NCBI GenBank assembly: GCA_041686025.1
Contig: JAWLEP010000010.1
Span: 1 to 41,295, forward strand
Source of the DNA: Candidatus Fermentibacteraceae bacterium
GTDB taxonomy: Bacteria > Fermentibacterota > Fermentibacteria > Fermentibacterales > JCC-6
DNA length: 41,295 nucleotides
Direction of reading: 5' to 3'
The notes under the pieces were generated by a model. That model saw only the letters and a program-made list of their open reading frames with translations. It searched no databases and had not been told where the DNA came from. Positions 1 through 10,180 of the stretch are shown one piece after another. Within the stretch, counting starts at the first letter, position 1, and every line of letters starts with the position of its first letter. The position numbers and the translations under genes are program-made.

Positions 1-935
1 GTGTTGTTTATGAGATGTACCGTCCCTGTTGACTTCTCGTAGATACCTCCTCCGGATGAGCTTGCGTAGTTCTCCGCAATGACGTTGCCGATGAGGGTGG
101 CCGAGCCTCGCCAGATGTAGATGCCGCCGCCATGGCTGTCCGCAACATTGCCGACTATCAGATTGCCGCAGGCGAGAAGACTGTCGTTGTACGAGTAGAT
201 TCCTCCTCCGCTGAGCGCGTACTCATTGGCTTCGATGGTATTCCCCAGGATCTCCGAGTACGATGCGTTGCTGTAGACCCCCGCGCCATACTGGGCCTGA
301 TTGGCGTACACTCGGCAGCCTACTACTCTCGTCGGTCCATCTTCACCGACCCCGCTGATGTACACCCCACCGCCCCTGTACGGGCCCTGACCCGTCGTCT
401 GATTGTAACGTATCTCGTTGTCCTCGATGATTGCAGAGGAACTGAAGATGGCGATACCGGCTCCCGAGCCGGCCACACTGTACTCAATCACATTGTTGCG
501 TACGGTTGGCGAAGAGCCGTTTATGTAGATGCCTCCGCCGTACTCCACGATGTCCCTGTCGTCCTGGCCGGCATCGGGGTGGCTGTTGTACAACGTGTTG
601 GATACGGTGAACCCCTCCAGGACAGCGGTGCTGTCCTCGGCCCCGGTGAACATCACCGCGTGGAAGTCCCAGAAGGTGTTGATGACCGTCTGGTCGGGGC
701 CGGCGACGCTTCTGAGGACGATGTTCTTGCCCTGGAAGCCCACCGGCCCGCCGTAGGTGCCGGGGGAGACCAGGACGGTGTCGCCGTCCGTCGCGGCGCT
801 TATGGCGGCGGGTATGTCCGGGTACTCGCCGGGGACATGCAGGGTGGCGGCGATAGCCGCAGAGGCCAGTACAAAGGCAGCAAGCAGGGGCATATGACCG
901 GCGGTGATCATATGAGGTGCATGTGTTGCTCTCAT
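1..935 (-). CDS. Secreted right-handed parallel beta-helix (pectin-lyase-like) repeat protein, 3' end outside window
   Basis: Not in the ORF track because it runs off the edge. Manual translation from ATG 935 (alternative ATG 893): signal-like LLAAFVLASAAIA, then ATLHVPGEYPDIPAAISAATDGDTVLVSPGTY and repeated GGGIY/GAGIA/GGGVY plus 'N.I..N.A' beta-helix turns. The frame is open to base 1, with a GGGAG RBS upstream. Confidence 0.85.
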   Translation of the reverse strand, partial: MRATHAPHMITAGHMPLLAAFVLASAAIAATLHVPGEYPDIPAAISAATDGDTVLVSPGTYGGPVGFQGKNIVLRSVAGPDQTVINTFWDFHAVMFTGAEDSTAVLEGFTVSNTLYNSHPDAGQDDRDIVEYGGGIYINGSSPTVRNNVIEYSVAGSGAGIAIFSSSAIIEDNEIRYNQTTGQGPYRGGGVYISGVGEDGPTRVVGCRVYANQAQYGAGVYSNASYSEILGNTIEANEYALSGGGIYSYNDSLLACGNLIVGNVADSHGGGIYIWRGSATLIGNVIAENYASSSGGGIYEKSTGTVHLINN

Positions 936-963
936 ATGGGCTCTCCCTTCGGCCTCCGTTTTG

Positions 964-992
964 ACGCTACGGTCTGACCCGGGAGCGGTCAA
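964..992 (-). promoter_or_regulatory. Putative sigma70 promoter for the beta-helix gene
   Basis: Minus strand TTGACC-17 bp-TAGCGT, about 30 nt upstream of ATG 935. Confidence 0.5.
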
Positions 993-1037
993 CCTGGGCG
1001 GAGGGGGATGCAAGTCCATGGCATTCCGGCAGCAAGG

Positions 1038-1066
1038 TTGACGCCGGGCGGGGCATTTCCGATAAT
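1038..1066 (+). promoter_or_regulatory. Sigma70 promoter of the cmk-plsC-rpsA operon
   Basis: TTGACG (1038-1043), 17-bp spacer, GATAAT (1061-1066). Confidence 0.7.
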
Positions 1067-1156
1067 TGCGGCTACACTCAGGCCGGGGCCCCGATACCGG
1101 GGGCCGAAACCCGTGCGGACGTCCGGGTCCGGCCGAACGGAAGGATGTGAAGTTGC

Positions 1157-1822
1157 CTGACTAGCGTCATCGCCATCGACGGCCCCGCCGGCTCCGGCAA
1201 GAGCACCACCGCCAGGCTGGTGGCCGAGCGGCTGGGCTATACCTACCTGGACACCGGCGCCATGTACCGCGCGTCGGGCCTTCTGGTCAGCAGGGCCGGC
1301 CTCGCCTTCGAAGACGGGCGGGAGCTGGCCGATCTCATATCCAGCCACAGCATCGACGTCAGGGAGGGGGTCACCCTCCTGGACGGCGAGGATGTATCCA
1401 CCCTCATACGCAGCCCCGAGATGAGCGAGGCGGCCAGCATGGTCTCCTCCTTCGGCCCGGTGCGCCGGGAGATGGTGCGCCTGCAGAGGCGCATCGCCGC
1501 CAGGCGCGACACCGTGGCCGAGGGCCGGGACATGGGCACGGTGGTCTTTCCCCGGGCCGACCTCAAGGTCTTCGTCACCGCAGACGTGGTGCAGCGGGGC
1601 CTGCGCCGTCTGGGCCAGGAGGGCCGCAAGAGGGTGGAGGAGCGGCTTCCGGAGGTGGTGGCGGCGCTGCTGCGGCGCGACCGGCGCGACCGGGAGAGGG
1701 CCGACAGCCCGCTTCGGCGGGCTCCGGACGCCTGGTTTCTGGACACCACCTCAATGAGTGTGCGGGAGCAGGTGGAGGCTGTAGTCGGCCTCTACCGCAG
1801 CTGCGCGGGAGGCGGGGCATGA
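1157..1822 (+). CDS. cmk: Cytidylate kinase, probable CTG start
   Basis: The P-loop VIAIDGPAGSGKSTTA lies upstream of the ORF-track start (1220) in the same frame, with an in-frame TGA at 1148-1150. Also has YLDTGAMYRA, EGRDMGTVVFP and RDRRDRER..SPL motifs. Confidence 0.95.
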   Translation: MTSVIAIDGPAGSGKSTTARLVAERLGYTYLDTGAMYRASGLLVSRAGLAFEDGRELADLISSHSIDVREGVTLLDGEDVSTLIRSPEMSEAASMVSSFGPVRREMVRLQRRIAARRDTVAEGRDMGTVVFPRADLKVFVTADVVQRGLRRLGQEGRKRVEERLPEVVAALLRRDRRDRERADSPLRRAPDAWFLDTTSMSVREQVEAVVGLYRSCAGGGA

Positions 1823-2442
1823 TCCGGCCCATGCGGATATGCCCGCTGATTCAGCAGCTCCTGCTGAGATTTCTGCAGGCGGTGTTCGGCATGACGGTTT
1901 CCGGAAGGGACAACGTCCCCCGCAGCGGCGGGGTGATCATCGCCTGCAACCACATATCCAACCTGGACCCGCCCGTACTGGGAAGCGCAGTTCCCCGGCG
2001 GGCGAGCTTCATGGCCAAGGCCGAGCTGTTCACCAGCCGGGCGGGGGAGTTCTTCCTGCCCAGGCTGGGGGCGTTTCCGGTGAACCGCGACAGCGTGGAC
2101 ACCGCCGCTCTGCGGACGGCGCTGGCCGAGCTGGAGCGGGGAAGGGCCCTGATCGTCTTCCCCGAGGGAACCAGGAGCCACGACGGCCGCATGCTGCCGC
2201 TGAAGGCGGGGGTCGGTCTCATAGCGGCCAGGTCCGGTGCCCCGGTGCTGCCGGCGTTCATGTGGGGCACATCCAGGCCGCGAAGGGCCATCCTGCGGCG
2301 TCCGGGATTCAGCGTACGTTTCGGAAGGCCCATCCGCCCCGAGAGGCTGCGGGCCGCGGGGGCCAGGAAGACCGTGGAGATGATTAGAGAGGGTATCGCC
2401 GGGGTGGGCAGGGACCTGCTTCCCGGCGGCGACACAGCGTAG
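1819..2442 (+). CDS. plsC: 1-acyl-sn-glycerol-3-phosphate acyltransferase
   Basis: NHISNLD (HxxxxD) and FPEGTRS motifs; ATGA overlap with cmk. Confidence 0.9.
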   Translation: MIRPMRICPLIQQLLLRFLQAVFGMTVSGRDNVPRSGGVIIACNHISNLDPPVLGSAVPRRASFMAKAELFTSRAGEFFLPRLGAFPVNRDSVDTAALRTALAELERGRALIVFPEGTRSHDGRMLPLKAGVGLIAARSGAPVLPAFMWGTSRPRRAILRRPGFSVRFGRPIRPERLRAAGARKTVEMIREGIAGVGRDLLPGGDTA

Positions 2443-2503
2443 TGAAAGGCCGCTGAGGCGGCATGGACAAACCGGCCGGTGGGGCCGGAACGGAAGGACG
2501 AAA

Positions 2504-4435
<1,932 letters not shown>

Positions 4436-4446
4436 TGACGCCTGTG

Positions 4447-4475
4447 GGGCGGGGGCCGCGGAGGCGGCCCCGCCT
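4447..4475 (+). other. GC-rich stem-loop just after the rpsA stop, no U-tract
   Basis: GGCGGGGGCCGC-GGAG-GCGGCCCCGCC with one bulged G. Confidence 0.5.
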
Positions 4476-5743
4476 CGGATCTACTCCGCCACCCTGGGCT
4501 GCAGGCTGAACGCCTACGAGACCGACGCCATCGTCGAGGAGCTGGCCTCGCTCTGCGGGGCCGTGCGGGCGCCGTCTCCGGAGCAGGCGGACGTGGTGCT
4601 GCTCAACTCCTGTGCGGTAACCGCAAAGGCCCAGGCCCGTTCGAGGAAGACCCTGCGGTCGCTGGCCCGGCGCACCGACGGCATGGTGGTGGCCACCGGC
4701 TGCGTGGCCGAGGTCTACCCCGACGACCTGGCCGGGGAGGGCGCGCTGGTTGTTCCCAACGCCGGCAAGGCGGGACTGGCCGGCAGGATCGTGGAAATGC
4801 TGGGCCTGACCGCGGGCGAATCCGGGCGGGACGTGCCGCCGGGCAGCATCTTCCCCCGGTTAGCGCCCCTTGGCGCGGCCAGGACAAGGACCTTCCTGAA
4901 GGTCCAGGACGGCTGTGACAACCGCTGCTCCTACTGCATAGTGCCCCACGCCAGGGGCGGGTCGAGGAGCCAGCCCCTCGGGGAGGTTCTCAGACAGGCA
5001 AGAGGCCTTCGCGAGGCGGGTTACAGGGAGATAGTCCTTACTGGAGTTGACATAGTGGCCTACGGAAGGGACCGCTACGGCCACCGTGGCTACGGCCTGC
5101 CGGACCTGGTGCGGGACCTGCTGAGGACCGGCGGCTTCCGGGTGAGGATCAGCTCCATGGAGCCGGTGGGGCTCACGGCCGACATGCTGGCGCGGATGGC
5201 CCTGCCGGGGGTCTGTCGGCACTTCCACCTGCCGCTGCAGAGCGGTTCGGACCGGATACTGGCCGCCATGCGCCGCGGCTACGGCAGGGCGCGGGAGGAG
5301 GAGCTCCTGGACCGCATCCGCAGCCTGTTTCCCGGCGCCGCGGTGGGGGCGGACATAATAGTGGGATTCCCGGGGGAGACCGACGACGATTTCGCTCAGA
5401 CCCTGGACCTGATCGCCAGGCACGACCTCAGCTACCTGCACGTGTTCCCCTTCTCTCCGCGGCCGGGTACCCCCGCCGCGGAGATGGACGGGATGCTCAG
5501 CCCGCACACGGTTGCCGACAGGGCCCGGGCCCTGAGGGAGCTGGGAGCGGAGGCCAGGAGAAGGTTCCGCCTGTCGCGACTGGGGGAGGAAGCCCTGTGC
5601 CTGGTGGAGGGCAGGAGCCTGGAGGGAGCCACGGTGGCCATGACCGACAACTACGTCCCGGTTTTGCTGGACGGTGACGCGGAGGAGGGCGACATGGTCC
5701 AGGTGACTCTGTCCCACGACAACATCGCCTGGGGACGGCGCTG

Positions 5744-6334
5744 ATGCTGCTGGGGGTAACGGGCAACAGCGGGTGCGGCCAGACCACCTTCGCCTCCGAG
5801 CTCTCGCGCTGCGGGGCGGAGGTGTGCTCGCTGGACAGGGTCGGCCACAGGCTCATGGCCCGGCCCTCCGTGGCCCGGCGCGTGGGGGAGGCCCTGGGCC
5901 TTCCCGGGCTGGCCGACGACGGCCTGGACCGCATACGGAGCAGGGTGGGGGAGGTGGTGTTCGGGTCCCCCGAACTCCTGGAGACTCTCAACTCCGTCGT
6001 CCATCCCATGATGCGCCGGTGGGCGTGCATGGCGGCCGGCAGGCTGCGGGGCAGGCGCGGGGTGTACGTCCTGGAGGGGGCCCTGATACTGGAGCTGGGA
6101 CTGGATTCCCTGCTGGACCGTCTGGCCGTGGTCGAGGACACCATGCAGCGGTGCATGCGACGGGCGGCAGAGCGCGACGGCACGTCCCCACAGACCGTGA
6201 GAGCCCGCTGGAGGGCCCAGTGGAGCATGGACAGAAAGTCGGCCGCTGCGGACTTTGTGGTGAGAAACAGCGGGGGGGAGGAGCGCCTGCGCCGGGAGGC
6301 GAGGGCCCTGTACAGCAGACTGCAGCGTATGTAG
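5744..6334 (+). CDS. coaE: Dephospho-CoA kinase with atypical P-loop
   Basis: LLGVTGNSGCGQTT, 'LD.VGH', 'LNSVVHP', 'R.AERDG......RWRAQW' and 'ADFVVRNSG' follow the CoaE pattern; TGATG overlap with mtaB. Confidence 0.8.
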   Translation: MLLGVTGNSGCGQTTFASELSRCGAEVCSLDRVGHRLMARPSVARRVGEALGLPGLADDGLDRIRSRVGEVVFGSPELLETLNSVVHPMMRRWACMAAGRLRGRRGVYVLEGALILELGLDSLLDRLAVVEDTMQRCMRRAAERDGTSPQTVRARWRAQWSMDRKSAAADFVVRNSGGEERLRREARALYSRLQRM

Positions 6335-6391
6335 ATTGCGCCTCTCGGGATACGGCGCCGCCACCGGCGGCTTCAACGATACGGGGGACAG

Positions 6392-7141
6392 ATGGCTAAC
6401 AAGACCAGAAAGAGACTCACCAAGACCCAGCTGAAGAAGGATCCGGTTGCCGACAACCTCATGAAGGGCTGGACCTTCTTCAATCAGCATCTCAAGGAAA
6501 TTATAATCGGTTTTATTGTCATTATTGTTGCGATATTCATTATACAGAGCGCGGTAAGCGGGTCCCAGCGGTCCCACCGGCAGTCCCTGGCGGTGCACTT
6601 CCTGGCCGACACCTACCTCTCGCAGGCGCTCTCCGCAACGGCCTCCGGCCAGCAGCAGCAGATCCAGATGGCCATGCAGGCCCTGCAGCAGGCGCGTCAG
6701 GTGGCGATGATGAACTACCGCAACAACCCCGGAAGCCGCTGGGGCAAGCGGTCGGGGCTCTTGCTCGCCAAGTGCGAGATCATGCTGGGATCCACCGAGG
6801 AGGCCATAGACGTGCTCAACGAGCTGCTGGCCTCCGGAGCAGAGGGCCATCTCAGGGCCGAGATGCTCATGCACCTGGCCACCGCCCAGGAGAACCGCGG
6901 CGGCGAGCAGGACCTCCAGGGTGCCGTGGCCAACTGCGGCGAGATCATGGAGATCGTTCCGGACAGCTCCGCGCTGGCCCTGCAGGCGCGGTCCATGCTG
7001 GGCAGGATATCGGCGCTCAGGGGAGACTACGGGGCCGCCAGGGAGCACATAACGTCCACGGCCGAGATCCGGGGCGACACCACCGACTTCGAGATGTACC
7101 AGCTGCGGCGCATAGAGCTGATGGAGAGAAACCTGATATAG
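6392..7141 (+). CDS. Membrane-anchored TPR-like protein (YfgM-like architecture)
   Basis: Basic N-terminus (KRLTKTQLKKDP), one TM helix (IIIGFIVIIVAIFII), then helical TPR-like repeats. Confidence 0.65.
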   Translation: MANKTRKRLTKTQLKKDPVADNLMKGWTFFNQHLKEIIIGFIVIIVAIFIIQSAVSGSQRSHRQSLAVHFLADTYLSQALSATASGQQQQIQMAMQALQQARQVAMMNYRNNPGSRWGKRSGLLLAKCEIMLGSTEEAIDVLNELLASGAEGHLRAEMLMHLATAQENRGGEQDLQGAVANCGEIMEIVPDSSALALQARSMLGRISALRGDYGAAREHITSTAEIRGDTTDFEMYQLRRIELMERNLI

Positions 7142-7195
7142 AAGGCCCGAAAGAGGGGCGCTGGAAGGCGTTGGCGCTCTGGACCAAGATAGAGA

Positions 7196-7223
7196 ATGTC
7201 CGATAAGATATATTATGTAAAGT
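7196..7223. other. dif: dif site (XerC/XerD chromosome dimer resolution site)
   Basis: ATGTCCGATAA-GATATA-TTATGTAAAGT has the 11-6-11 layout. The right arm resembles known XerD arms (E. coli TTATGTTAAAT, B. subtilis TTATGTAAACT). It is an AT-rich island between convergent genes. Confidence 0.85.
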
Positions 7224-7258
7224 CATTTCCATCGACTTCCAGCCAACCCCGGTACTGT

Positions 7259-10036
7259 TCACTGTCCCTGCTCCCCCTCCCCGGCCTTCCCGGCCTTCTT
7301 CAGAGCATCTGCCAGCTTCGAAAGCGAATAGGGCTTGTGCAGGAACCCGCTGACCCCGATCTCCATGAACCGGGGCATGATCTCCTCCTTTGCGTAGCCG
7401 CTGCTCACCACCACCTCTATGTCGGGCCGGACCTCCCGCATGGCCCGGAGGGTCTCCAGGCCGTTCATGCCCGGCATGGTGACGTCCAGCAGCACCAGGC
7501 CTATGGACTCGGATTCGTCGGAGCGGAGAAGCTCCAGGGCGGACTCTCCGGAGGACGCGGTCTCGACCCGGTAGCCCATGTGGGACAGCAGCTCGGAGGT
7601 GGTCTCCAGTATTATCCGCTCGTCGTCCACCACCAGTATCCTGCCGGCGGATTCGCCCAGGGGGCCCGAAGATGAGGCAAATGCCCGGGATACGGAAAGA
7701 GCATCGGAGGAGAGCCCGGCGCTTCCGTAAAGGCCCAGGTCATCTTCGGAGGCCTCCGGGAGTATTATGGCGACGGTGGACCCCTCGCCGGGTGTGCTGT
7801 CGAGGGAGACGGCTCCGCCGTGGCCTCTGACGATGCCCAGAACGGATGCCAGGCCCAGCCCCCTGCCGGTGAACTTGGTGGTGAAGAAGGGGTCGAACGC
7901 CCTGGATACGGTCTCGGCGTCCATTCCGCAGCCGTTGTCGGAGACGGTCATCTTCACGTAGCTGCCGGTGCTGAGATCATCGTTGACGTAGGTGGCGGCC
8001 AGATCGGAGCTGTCCATCTCCATCCTGTTGAGGCTGATGGTGATCCTGCCCCCGGGCCCTTCCACGGCCTCGGAAGCGTTCATCACCAGGTTCAGGATCA
8101 CCTGCTGCAGCTGCGACGCGTCCCCCACCACCCGGGCCGGGTCCGGGCAGAGGTCCATGACCAGCCCGGCGTCGGAGGATATGGCGGTGTTCAGGAATCG
8201 CTCCATGGACTGCAGCAGCCCCCTGAGGTCCACACTCTGCAGGCTCTTTCCGCCCTTGCCGGAGTAGGCCAGCATCTTGTCGCTGAGCTCGGAGGCCCGG
8301 GAGGCCGCGTTCCTTATCCTGGCCAGCCTCCTGCGAAGGCTAGAGGCATCGGCCTCCTCGGCAATGGCCAGGTCCACCTGCCCGATTATGCCCTCCAGGA
8401 GGTTGTTGAAGTCGTGGGCCACGCCTCCGGCCATAATGCCCATGCTCTCCAGCTTCTGGGCCCTCTGAAGCTCCTCCTGAATCTTCATCCTCTGCCGCTC
8501 GGCCTCCACGATGGAGGTTATGTCGCGACTGACGGAGATGACCCCGGCGAACTCGCCGTTCTCCACAAGCGGAGAGAGCCGGGCCATGTAGTGGCGCCTC
8601 CCCTCTCCCAGGTCCAGGGAGTACTCGAAGTCGGAGACCTGCCCCCCCCGGGCTATTCGGAAGGCGGCCTCCATCTTCTCGGCGAGGTCCGCGGGAAGGG
8701 CCTCGGAGTAGAGCCTTCCCAGGAACTCGCTGGGTGACATGAGCAGCTTGCCGTCCCGGGGGGCGTAGTAGTGGATGAAGCGGCCGCGCCGGTCGAACAC
8801 GAACAGAATGTCGTGCATCGACTTGATAATGGCCTCCAGGCGGCTCTGGGAGGCGGCATAGCGCTCGGTGGTCCGCCGCATCTCCGTGACGTCGCTGATA
8901 ATGCCCTCTATGGAGGATTCGTCTCCGAAGCCGCCCGGTATGACGGACCCGTGCTCCCAGACATGCCTCACCGAGCCGTTCCGGTGCCGGATGCGGTAGC
9001 TGAGGCTGTAGCTCTTCTCCTCTGACTCCACCGCCGCCTGCACCGTCTCCCAGGCCCTCTGGCGGTCGTCGGGCAGTATCAGGTCGCCGAAGGCCACCAC
9101 CCGGTTCTCCACCAGCTCCCCGGGGAGGTAGCCCGTTAGGTCCCGGGCGCCGGGGCTGACGAAATCCATCCTCCAGTCAGGGGAGTTGTGGCACCTGAAC
9201 ACCATCCCCGGCACGTTGGACAGGATGCTCTCCAGGAACCGCCTGCTCTCCCGAAGCTCCCGGCGGGCCCGCTCCCGCTCCGTGACGTCGCGCATGATCC
9301 CCAGGACCCGCACCTCTCCCGGCGACTCGGCCAGGCTTACGGTGCTGACGTCCACCAGCGCGCGCTCTCCGGTGCGCTTGAGTATCTCCACTGTATAGCC
9401 CCCGGGAACCTCCCGGCCGCTGCTGCGGGACCGGTAGCGGCTCTCTATCAGATCCGAGGTCTCGGGGGGCAGAAGGACCTCGTAGTCGAACTCCGGGTCG
9501 GTGAGCTCGTCGAAGGTGTATCCGGTGATCTCGCAGAACCTGGGGTTCACGTATACGTAGTGCTTGTCCTCCAGCATGTATATGGCGTCGAAGGCGTTCT
9601 CCACCAGCGACCGGTAGAGGGCCTCCTCCCTGTTTCCGCTGCTGCGCTCCTCCCAGCTCCTCCCCTGGTCCAGAAGGCCTATGGCCAGGGCGGCCTCACC
9701 CCTGTAACGGCATCCCAGGGTCACGGCCAACAGGTCCCTGGTGGAACCGTCGGGAAGTATTGCGGAGAAGCTAACGCTGTTGACTATGCCCGGCTCCCGG
9801 AGAGACTCCTCGTAGACCCTGATCAGCCTCTCCCGTTCGTCGGGATGGGCCAGCCTGTGGGCCATGTGACCCTCTATGCCGCCTCCCCCGTCTCTGTCGA
9901 ACAGCCGGGAGGCGCCCCTGTCGGCCAGGACCACCTTCGGAGGGGAGCCGGTAAGAATGGCGAAGCCCATGAGCGAGTCTTCCGCCAGGCGGGACCTTAT
10001 TCGCTGGGCTTCCCCGGGAAGCGACTGGTGATTCAC
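7259..10036 (-). CDS. Cytoplasmic multi-PAS hybrid sensor histidine kinase with C-terminal receiver
   Basis: Several PAS/PAC segments; H-box AGGVAHDFNNLL, N-box QVILNLVMNASEA, SDNGCGM, FDPFFTTKFTGRGLGL; receiver VVDDE..LLDVTMP..HKP. Confidence 0.95.
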   Translation of the reverse strand: MNHQSLPGEAQRIRSRLAEDSLMGFAILTGSPPKVVLADRGASRLFDRDGGGGIEGHMAHRLAHPDERERLIRVYEESLREPGIVNSVSFSAILPDGSTRDLLAVTLGCRYRGEAALAIGLLDQGRSWEERSSGNREEALYRSLVENAFDAIYMLEDKHYVYVNPRFCEITGYTFDELTDPEFDYEVLLPPETSDLIESRYRSRSSGREVPGGYTVEILKRTGERALVDVSTVSLAESPGEVRVLGIMRDVTERERARRELRESRRFLESILSNVPGMVFRCHNSPDWRMDFVSPGARDLTGYLPGELVENRVVAFGDLILPDDRQRAWETVQAAVESEEKSYSLSYRIRHRNGSVRHVWEHGSVIPGGFGDESSIEGIISDVTEMRRTTERYAASQSRLEAIIKSMHDILFVFDRRGRFIHYYAPRDGKLLMSPSEFLGRLYSEALPADLAEKMEAAFRIARGGQVSDFEYSLDLGEGRRHYMARLSPLVENGEFAGVISVSRDITSIVEAERQRMKIQEELQRAQKLESMGIMAGGVAHDFNNLLEGIIGQVDLAIAEEADASSLRRRLARIRNAASRASELSDKMLAYSGKGGKSLQSVDLRGLLQSMERFLNTAISSDAGLVMDLCPDPARVVGDASQLQQVILNLVMNASEAVEGPGGRITISLNRMEMDSSDLAATYVNDDLSTGSYVKMTVSDNGCGMDAETVSRAFDPFFTTKFTGRGLGLASVLGIVRGHGGAVSLDSTPGEGSTVAIILPEASEDDLGLYGSAGLSSDALSVSRAFASSSGPLGESAGRILVVDDERIILETTSELLSHMGYRVETASSGESALELLRSDESESIGLVLLDVTMPGMNGLETLRAMREVRPDIEVVVSSGYAKEEIMPRFMEIGVSGFLHKPYSLSKLADALKKAGKAGEGEQGQ

Positions 10037-10117
10037 GCTGCTATCCGTCCGTTCGGTAAGCGGGATGACGCAGCTCTGCGGACCGCGCGGAGGACCCCCT
10101 GCGCATCCCCTGCAGAG

Positions 10118-10146
10118 ATTCTATCCGCGCACGCGTGCGGGAACAA
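10118..10146 (-). promoter_or_regulatory. Putative sigma70 promoter of the hybrid kinase
   Basis: Minus strand TTGTTC-17 bp-TAGAAT; the spacer contains the palindrome CGCACGCGTGCG. Confidence 0.5.
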
Positions 10147-10180
10147 GTCCCGGTTGAAGTGCACTGCGGCCCGCGGCGCA

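Noticed and set aside
132..977. 281-aa plus-strand ORF
   Set aside because: Antisense shadow of the real minus-strand beta-helix gene; no recognisable motifs.
1145..1150. TGA recoding to explain the cmk start (ATG-TGA read-through)
   Set aside because: TGA is a normal stop in many genes here, including ATGA and TGATG overlaps; a CTG start is simpler.
7196..7675. 159-aa plus-strand ORF starting in the AT-rich intergenic spot
   Set aside because: Its ATG is part of the dif sequence and the rest is antisense to the kinase receiver domain.
10128..10139. Palindrome CGCACGCGTGCG as an operator
   Set aside because: Single GC-rich 12-mer with no second copy noticed; could be chance.
7142..10180. 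Hybrid kinase as a dif-integrated mobile element
   Set aside because: No second complete dif-like site and no replication or phage genes found.
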